This document shows, in pieces, positions 49,367 to 55,672 of a stretch of DNA of 55,672 nt. Below the pieces are notes generated by a model. It worked only from the letters and a program-made list of their open reading frames with translations. It did not search any database and was not told the origin of the DNA. Each line of letters begins with the position of its first letter. Position 1 is the stretch's first letter. A program made the position numbers and the translations under genes. Source of the DNA: Armatimonadia bacterium (GTDB lineage Bacteria > Armatimonadota > Zipacnadia > Zipacnadales > UBA11051). Location: assembly GCA_039683575.1 (NCBI GenBank), contig JBDKRC010000237.1, positions 1 to 55,672 on the forward strand, given 5' to 3'.

Positions 49367-49455
49367 GCGGAAATGGGGACTGACCCCGCTTTCGCAACCT
49401 TCCCGGCATCAACCTCAAACCACCATGCGAAAACGGGGTCTGTCCCCACTTCCGC
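49367..49455. repeat. Divergent TGGGGAC-type inverted-repeat doublet
   Basis: GCGGAAATGGGGACTGACCCCGCTTTCGCA-29 nt-TGCGAAAACGGGGTCTGTCCCCACTTCCGC. Confidence 0.75.
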
Positions 49456-49523
49456 CGTCAGACCCGCCAACCCGCCTTGTCCGCGCGCCAACCTTGGCCT
49501 ATAATGCCCGCAACCAGACGATC

Positions 49524-51179
49524 ATGAAGAAGCCCATCACCACACTCCTGCTCCTCAGCCTCTGCGCCGTTGCCTGCGCTGAACCCACGCCGCCGCCCGC
49601 CCCCCGCCTGATGGTAGCAGGCAAGACTGTATCCCTGTCTCCCGCCGCCTCCTTGCAGGGGACCCAACTCATCGTCCCCTGGTCCACCGTCGCCACCGCC
49701 TGTGGCGCAAAGGCCAACTGGAACGCCACCTCCGGCACCCTCCGCCTCACCTCCGCCCGTGGCAAAATGCTCACCGCTGCCGCTGGAGCCAACTCGTTCA
49801 CCTGCGACGGACGCGAGGTCTCCCTCCCTGTCCCGCTCCGGGTCACCGACGGCCAGCTTCTCGGCCCCCTCGGGCCCCTTGTCGATGCTCTCGACGCCGT
49901 CCTGCAATGGAACCCGCAAAAGCGCCTCGCCCAGGTCTGGGGCAAAGTTGTGAAGCTCGAAACCCGTGGCGACGACGATGGTGTCAGCGTCACAGCCATC
50001 ACCTCACTCCCCGTCACCTCAAGCCTCACCCTGGTGGATGGCCCCCGCCGCGCCTTCTTCGATTTGCCCGGCACGTACCTTGGGCCGCAGCGCGCCGTGA
50101 ACTACCTCAACCTCGCCGGCGTAAGGCGCGTCCGCTCCGGCCAGTTCACCCAGTCGCCGCCGCTCGTGCGCATCGTCGCTGACCTGGCCCCTCAAGGGCC
50201 TGCAGCGGCCTTCGAGCCGCGTGAGGACCGCTGCGGTGGGCGCCTGCTCATCGGCAAGACCCACGGCGACGAGCCGGTCATCGAGCGCAATGCCCCGCGC
50301 CTGACCAAAGTGCTCGCGCTCTCCCGGGGCAAAGACACTACCATCGTCAACGCCTACCTTACCGACCCTCTGGAGCCGGTATATGATGTCATGCGCCAGC
50401 CCTATCGCGTGCTCGTGGACCTCGCGGGCGCCGATGTGGCGCATGCTGACACGATCATGCCCGAGCCCGTCCCGTTTGTTGAAGAGGTCCGCGTCCTCGC
50501 CCAGGGCCGCCTGGTCTTTTACATGGGCGAGCTCGTCCCCTTCACGGTCAAGTGTCTCGACAACCCCACGCGCGTGCAGATCGTGTTTCAGCGAGACAGG
50601 CTGGCCGGCAAGACCATCATGGTAGACGCCGGACACGGCGGCAAAGATAGCGGCGCCCTGGGCCGCAAGCTCATGGAAAAGGACGTCAACCTGGACGTCG
50701 CCCGCCGCACCGCCCAGCGCCTCGCGCTCATGGACGCCAAGCCGTATCTCACGCGCGACAGCGACGTCTTCATAGACCTCTACGCCCGTCCGCGCATGAC
50801 CAACCAACTACCGGCGGACCTGTTCGTAAGCGTCCACTGCAACGCCGGCTCCAGACGCGACCAGGGAGCGGGAACGCAGACCTACTTCTGCCATCCGCAG
50901 AGCAAGAACCTCGCGACCATCATGCAAGACAGCCTCGCGCCGCTTCTGGACCGTGAGGACGACGGGGTCTTCAAGGCCCGGTTCTGCGTCATCCGCGAAA
51001 CAAAGATCCCGGCGGTGTTGGTGGAGCTGCTGTTCATAGACAACCTCACCGAGGAGAACCTGCTGTCCCAGTCCAGCATCCGCGACAAAGCGGCCCTCGG
51101 CATCAGCGAGGGCATCCGGCGCTACTACGAGGGCAGCAAATCCCTCCGCCCGGCCCAGCTAACAGAGCCCTCCGGCTAA
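49524..51179 (+). CDS. N-acetylmuramoyl-L-alanine amidase (Amidase_3) with AMIN-like domains
   Basis: Signal peptide; VDAGHGGKD.GA, EK.VNL, FVSVHCNA, PAVLVE. Confidence 0.9.
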   Translation: MKKPITTLLLLSLCAVACAEPTPPPAPRLMVAGKTVSLSPAASLQGTQLIVPWSTVATACGAKANWNATSGTLRLTSARGKMLTAAAGANSFTCDGREVSLPVPLRVTDGQLLGPLGPLVDALDAVLQWNPQKRLAQVWGKVVKLETRGDDDGVSVTAITSLPVTSSLTLVDGPRRAFFDLPGTYLGPQRAVNYLNLAGVRRVRSGQFTQSPPLVRIVADLAPQGPAAAFEPREDRCGGRLLIGKTHGDEPVIERNAPRLTKVLALSRGKDTTIVNAYLTDPLEPVYDVMRQPYRVLVDLAGADVAHADTIMPEPVPFVEEVRVLAQGRLVFYMGELVPFTVKCLDNPTRVQIVFQRDRLAGKTIMVDAGHGGKDSGALGRKLMEKDVNLDVARRTAQRLALMDAKPYLTRDSDVFIDLYARPRMTNQLPADLFVSVHCNAGSRRDQGAGTQTYFCHPQSKNLATIMQDSLAPLLDREDDGVFKARFCVIRETKIPAVLVELLFIDNLTEENLLSQSSIRDKAALGISEGIRRYYEGSKSLRPAQLTEPSG

Positions 51180-51249
51180 TGGCCGTTCGCCGGGAGCGCG
51201 TAGCGACGTCTGCGTCGCAGGGCATCCTTGCCCGCATCGGGGGCCGGCT

Positions 51250-51390
51250 GTAGGGCGGGGCTTGGCGATGTCCGCATCGCAGCTCGTACCCCGCCGGCCG
51301 TTATCACCGACCAACCCATCGCGTCCCCTGGAGGGGCCGAATGCCGACAGCCTCACCGTGGCATCCGGCCCATGCCGTTATCACCGACTA
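51250..51390 (+). repeat. Mosaic of REP-like palindromes with a repeated linker
   Basis: GTAGGGCGGGG...CCCCGCC and GGAGGGGCCG...CCGGCCC, each followed by GCCGTTATCACCGAC (51297 and 51374). Confidence 0.65.
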
Positions 51391-51424
51391 ACCATCTCGC
51401 CTCAAATACAAGGAGCCTCAAATC

Positions 51425-52156
51425 GTGATCCGCTGTGACGGCCGTGAAAACAACGAACTCCGCAAATGCACCATCAAGCGCGGTATCAACCGCTACGCCG
51501 AAGGCTCCTGCCTGATAGCCATGGGCCAGACCAAGGTCCACTGCACCGCCAGCATCGAAGAGCGCGTCCCGCGCTGGCTGATGGATCAGGATCAGGGCTG
51601 GATCACCGCCGAGTACGGGATGCTCCCCCGGGCCACCTCCGAGCGCACCCAGCGCGAGGCCCAGCAGGGCCACGTTGGCGGCCGCACGATGGAGATCCAG
51701 CGCCTCATCGGCCGCAGCCTCCGCGCCGCTGCCGACCTGAAACTCCTCGGCCAGCGCACCATCACCCTCGACTGCGACGTTCTGCAAGCCGACGGCGGCA
51801 CCCGGACCGCCTCCATCACCGGGGCCTTCGTAGCCCTCGCCGAGGCCCTCCACGCCCTGCAGCAAGCCAACCGCCTCAAGCGCTGGCCGCTGAAGGAGCA
51901 AGTAGCAGCCATCTCCCTCGGCATAGTATCCGGCGAGGTAATGCTGGACTTGTGCTACGAAGAGGACTCCTGTGCGGGGGTGGACATGAACCTGGTAATG
52001 ATGTCCGACGGAAGGGCCATAGAGGTCCAGGCCTCAGCCGAAGGCAGCCCATACACCTTCACCGAACTGCAAAAGCTGATCGAGCTAGGAGTAGCCGGCA
52101 ACAATGTCCTGTTCGAGAAGCAAAGAGAAGCTCTGGCCGGAGTAGGGCCGTACTAA
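51425..52156 (+). CDS. rph: Ribonuclease PH
   Basis: [54 protein letters not shown]. Confidence 0.97.
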   Translation: MIRCDGRENNELRKCTIKRGINRYAEGSCLIAMGQTKVHCTASIEERVPRWLMDQDQGWITAEYGMLPRATSERTQREAQQGHVGGRTMEIQRLIGRSLRAAADLKLLGQRTITLDCDVLQADGGTRTASITGAFVALAEALHALQQANRLKRWPLKEQVAAISLGIVSGEVMLDLCYEEDSCAGVDMNLVMMSDGRAIEVQASAEGSPYTFTELQKLIELGVAGNNVLFEKQREALAGVGPY

Positions 52157-52180
52157 GAGAATGAGTTCAAAGCTTGCGCC

Positions 52181-53034
52181 CAGAATGGGGACGGAGCCTT
52201 TGCGCGCCACCACGTGTCGCTGAACTCGATCACGGATCTTCGCGCAAAGGCTCCGTCCCCATTCTGACCACTACCTGGCATAATCCCGGGGGGACACCAT
52301 GCCGAGAGCAGCACGGATCGTAGCACCGCAGTATCCACATCACGTCACTCAACGTGGCAATCGGCGGGCCAACGTCTTCTTTGGCGACGGGGACTACCAG
52401 CAGTACCTGATCTGGCTTGGCAAGTACGCCGCTGCGGCCAATGTCAAAGTCTGGGCGTACTGCCTTATGACTAACCACGTCCATCTCATCTTGGTCCCCA
52501 ATGACGCTGATGGACTTGCCAGGTTGCTTCGCCCGCTGCATGCCCACTACTCTCAGTATGTCAACCTACAGCAGGGCTGGCGGGGCCATCTCTGGGAACA
52601 ACGCTACTATTCCACTGTACTTGACGATGATCACCTGACCGCTGCCGTACGCTACGTGGAGCGCAACTCCGTGCGCGCAGGCTTGGTTGATCGCCCGGAA
52701 GAGCACCCGTGGAGCAGTGCGCGCGCCCACTGCGGTCTGCAGAACTGCCCGGTGCTATCCCAGGACCTCCCGTTGCTTGGCCTCGTGCGGAACTGGAGTG
52801 AATGGCTTGCCGTGGGCGACGACCAGGCGGTGGCAGCGGATCTCCGGGCGCGTACCATGAGGGGCATACCGTGCGGCAGCGCGGCTTTCATGCGGCAGAT
52901 CGAGGCCCTCAAACAGGAACTACAGGGCAGACCATAGCGTTGTGCCCAAAATGGGGACGGAGCCTTTGCGCGGCGGTAACTGGGGTAGGCTCCAGCGCAA
53001 CTCAGATCCGCGCAAAGGCTCCGTCCCCATTTTG
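52181..53034 (+). mobile_element. REPtron-like locus: RAYT gene flanked by two inverted-repeat doublets
   Basis: Perfect 26-bp IR (52181-52206/52241-52266) and 27-bp IR (52947-52973/53008-53034) with the same core arm. Confidence 0.85.
52299..52937 (+). CDS. REP-associated tyrosine (Y1, HUH) transposase (RAYT)
   Basis: MPR..R, HHVTQRGN, YCLMTNHVHL (HUH), HLWEQRY, RYVERN, PWSS. Confidence 0.92.
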   Translation: MPRAARIVAPQYPHHVTQRGNRRANVFFGDGDYQQYLIWLGKYAAAANVKVWAYCLMTNHVHLILVPNDADGLARLLRPLHAHYSQYVNLQQGWRGHLWEQRYYSTVLDDDHLTAAVRYVERNSVRAGLVDRPEEHPWSSARAHCGLQNCPVLSQDLPLLGLVRNWSEWLAVGDDQAVAADLRARTMRGIPCGSAAFMRQIEALKQELQGRP

Positions 53035-53086
53035 ATCGCCACCTGCTGCTCAACCAACAAGGGATCACATCCACCGAGAACTACCC

Positions 53087-54295
53087 ATGCTAACCATCGC
53101 CGACCTCCACGTACACATTGGCAGCGCCTCCTCCCGGCAGGTTGTTAAGGTCACCGCTTCTCGTGATCTGACCTTCCACAACATCCTGCTCGAGTGCGTC
53201 AACCGCAAGGGCGTGGAGATCGTCGGCATCGTGGACTGCGCCAGCCCCGCCGTCATCGCCGACATCGAGTACCTGCTCGATGCCGGCGAGATGACCCAGC
53301 TCGACGGCGGTGGGCTGCGCTTCCATGACCGCCTCACGGTCCTGCTCGCGTCCGAAATCGAGACCCGCGAACCGCGCGGTGGGATGTCCCACCATGTCAG
53401 CTACTTCCCCCACCTCGGCCAGCTCAAGCGCTTCTCCGAGGCCATTTCCAGGCATCTGACCAATCCCAATCTCTCCTCGCAGGCCTGTGGGCTGCCCGCA
53501 CGGGACCTGTGCGACCTGGCCCTGCAGCATCAGGCCCAGTTTGTCCCGGCCCATGTCTTCACCCCCCACAAGAGCATCTACGGCTCCTGTGCTGAGCGGG
53601 CTGCTGACCTGTTTGGGGAGTATTGGGAGGCGATTCCGGCTGTGGAACTGGGGCTATCGGCGGATTCGTACCTCGCCGACCGGCTGGCGGAATTGGGTGG
53701 AAAGACCTTCCTGTCCAACTCCGACGCCCACTCGCTGCCCAAAATCGCTCGCGAGTATAATGTGATGGAGTTGGAGGAGCCGACCTTTGAGGAGGTACGG
53801 CAGGCCCTGTGGCGCGAGGGCGACCGGCGGGTGGTGGCCAACTTCGGCCTCGATCCGCGCCTAGGAAAGTACCATCGGACACACTGCGAAGCCTGCCGCT
53901 GGATTGCCCATGAGGAGCCGCCAGTGCTGCTGTGCGAGCAATGTGGGGGCTCTGGCGTCACTCGCGGGGTGCTGGACCGCATCCACCAGATCGCCGACCA
54001 TGACCAGCCGCAGCCACCGGAGCATCGCGCACCGTACCAGTATCAGGTGCCGCTGCAGTTCGTTCCGAAGGTGGGCGCGGTGCTGCTGGCGCGGCTCATC
54101 AACCAGTTCGGGAGCGAGATGGCCGTATTGCATCAGGCCAGCCGGCAGGAACTCGGGGAGACGGTGGGGCAGAAGGTGGCGGACCTGATCATTCAGGCAC
54201 GTGAGGGTACGTTACCGCTGCAGTCGGGTGGGGGAGGACGCTACGGACGGGCCATCCGAGAGGGCGAAGGGCAGGTCAGATTGCCCGGTTTGTAG
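53087..54295 (+). CDS. Endonuclease Q family (PHP domain plus Zn finger)
   Basis: ADLHVH, PAHVFTP, ELGLSAD, SNSDAHS, LGKYHRT.C..C, C..C, GVLDRI, GGGGRYG. Confidence 0.88.
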   Translation: MLTIADLHVHIGSASSRQVVKVTASRDLTFHNILLECVNRKGVEIVGIVDCASPAVIADIEYLLDAGEMTQLDGGGLRFHDRLTVLLASEIETREPRGGMSHHVSYFPHLGQLKRFSEAISRHLTNPNLSSQACGLPARDLCDLALQHQAQFVPAHVFTPHKSIYGSCAERAADLFGEYWEAIPAVELGLSADSYLADRLAELGGKTFLSNSDAHSLPKIAREYNVMELEEPTFEEVRQALWREGDRRVVANFGLDPRLGKYHRTHCEACRWIAHEEPPVLLCEQCGGSGVTRGVLDRIHQIADHDQPQPPEHRAPYQYQVPLQFVPKVGAVLLARLINQFGSEMAVLHQASRQELGETVGQKVADLIIQAREGTLPLQSGGGGRYGRAIREGEGQVRLPGL

Positions 54296-54355
54296 CGCAA
54301 GAAGGGGTCTTAGTTGCGCAAACGAAGTTAACCAATGTAACGATTTGGGCCGTTT

Positions 54356-55660
54356 TCAGGCTTCGGTCGAAGCCTTCTCAACCTCTGCTTCCCCCGCCTG
54401 TTTCTTCAACGCTATTCTATCCCTGACGAAGTTGATCGCGGCATTCAGCACCGCCCCGTCCACCATTCCCCACATCCACACCGGGTAGTACCAGTAGTGC
54501 GGGCCGATGCGGTTGACATTGGCTGTCGCCACGGCGAACAGGCCGATGATGAAGATCAGCGCCGGCTCCCTGCCGGCAGTAGTCAGAGCCAGCACAAACC
54601 CCCCAATCACCCCGGCATAGCGCAGCAGGATCAGCATCTCCCGCGGGATGGTGGCAATGGCCGGGTTGCCGGTGAGCAGCCCGCCGATGAGCAGCGGCCA
54701 GGCCAGGGAGGCCAGGACGATGTACAAAGCCGGCACGCGCAGCTTCCATAGCCCGTAGATCAACCCCGCCAGGCTCACCATCGCCACGTATTCCCAGATT
54801 TCGCCCCCGTGCAGCAACTCGGCGCTGAGCAGGTGGACGTAGGTCAGAAGCTTGTAGAAGGTGTAAACCCCCATCCACTCCGGGTTGGAGGCGGAGGGCA
54901 CGAACAGGGCGCGGAGGATGAAGAGCACAGCGCCAAGGCCGGCATAGTACAGGGTCACAGGCAGCCAGCGCTTGTTGCGATACAGGGCGATGAAGGGGAC
55001 CAGCGCGATCAGGGCCAGCGGGGTCTCTTTGAAGAGCAGAGCCGCCAGAAAGGCCCCCAGCGCCCAGCCGAGGCGCGGCTTGCCCTTGGTCAGGTAGCGA
55101 TCGAGCAGCACTAAGGACAGCAGGGCGAAGAGTAGCGAGCCGAAGTCGGTCTGCACCGGCCACCAGATCATAACGCCCCAGGCAACGCGGGCGCGGACCC
55201 AATACGCCCCCTCCGGGTGGTGGCCGAGGTTGAACATTAGCGCCGCCACGATTCCGCTCAGGGTCCGTTGCCAGCGTGGGCCGGGGCAGAGGGAGTATAG
55301 CAGCAGGAAGGCGAGAGCGCTGTTGGCGGCGTGCATGAGCCACGAGACAACTGTATAGGGGAAGAAATTGAACCCCCAGAGGCGCGATTCCGCCCACATA
55401 AGCATAGAGCTAAGTGGACGGTAGTACATCTCGCCCTCAATCCAGGGGCCATGCCACCAGGAAAGCACGGTCGAGGCATCGGCTTGCCGGCCAGCGTGGG
55501 TGAGCGCGACGCTATCCGGACTGTCGCTCCACTTGGTTTGAGCCCAGGAATCGAAGATGAGGCCGCCGGTGAGCGATAGGGCGATGACGACCGAGATGAG
55601 CACGCCAAAGAGCGGGTAGAGCCGTCGCGGCGGGATGAGGGGCTGGCGTTCAGGGTCCAC
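54356..55660 (-). CDS. Polytopic membrane protein, possible GT-C-type glycosyltransferase
   Basis: About 10 TM helices; YYRPL...H.AN and ALLFKE motifs; AGGAG RBS. Confidence 0.65.
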   Translation of the reverse strand: MDPERQPLIPPRRLYPLFGVLISVVIALSLTGGLIFDSWAQTKWSDSPDSVALTHAGRQADASTVLSWWHGPWIEGEMYYRPLSSMLMWAESRLWGFNFFPYTVVSWLMHAANSALAFLLLYSLCPGPRWQRTLSGIVAALMFNLGHHPEGAYWVRARVAWGVMIWWPVQTDFGSLLFALLSLVLLDRYLTKGKPRLGWALGAFLAALLFKETPLALIALVPFIALYRNKRWLPVTLYYAGLGAVLFILRALFVPSASNPEWMGVYTFYKLLTYVHLLSAELLHGGEIWEYVAMVSLAGLIYGLWKLRVPALYIVLASLAWPLLIGGLLTGNPAIATIPREMLILLRYAGVIGGFVLALTTAGREPALIFIIGLFAVATANVNRIGPHYWYYPVWMWGMVDGAVLNAAINFVRDRIALKKQAGEAEVEKASTEA

Positions 55661-55672
55661 AGGCAGCTCCTG

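Noticed and set aside
52299..52937. IS200/IS605 element with tnpB
   Set aside because: No tnpB; protein length, motifs and flanking repeat doublets fit RAYT.

Overview
High-GC bacterial chromosomal segment of about 45 CDS. It is probably Armatimonadota or a similar lineage; this is inferred from the DUF1559/prepilin-type genes and the multiple URO-D-like and Gfo/Idh/MocA genes. Housekeeping content: dinG, a broken-up trp cluster (trpS, trpE, trpG, trpD, trpC, with no trpF/B/A), cysK, nfnAB, a MoxR/DUF4350/DUF4129 module, an amidase, rph, EndoQ and a peroxiredoxin. These are mixed with many carbohydrate-catabolism genes. No rRNA, tRNA, CRISPR array or prophage was seen. The most interesting signals are non-genic. 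(1) A complete Trp leader-peptide attenuator sits upstream of trpS. (2) A RAYT/REPtron carries its own inverted-repeat doublets, and at least four other REP-like families are present; three of these have inserted in frame into dinG, a lyase gene and trpE. (3) A dispersed element is built from in-register heptamers, and its orientation follows a strong, patchy, gene-strand-independent G/C skew. (4) An unidentified ~215-nt multi-hairpin RNA candidate lies between trpS and trpE. (5) A prepilin gene is cut off exactly in its conserved FTLIELLVVIAII motif, which looks like an integration junction. All calls were made by eye without database searches.
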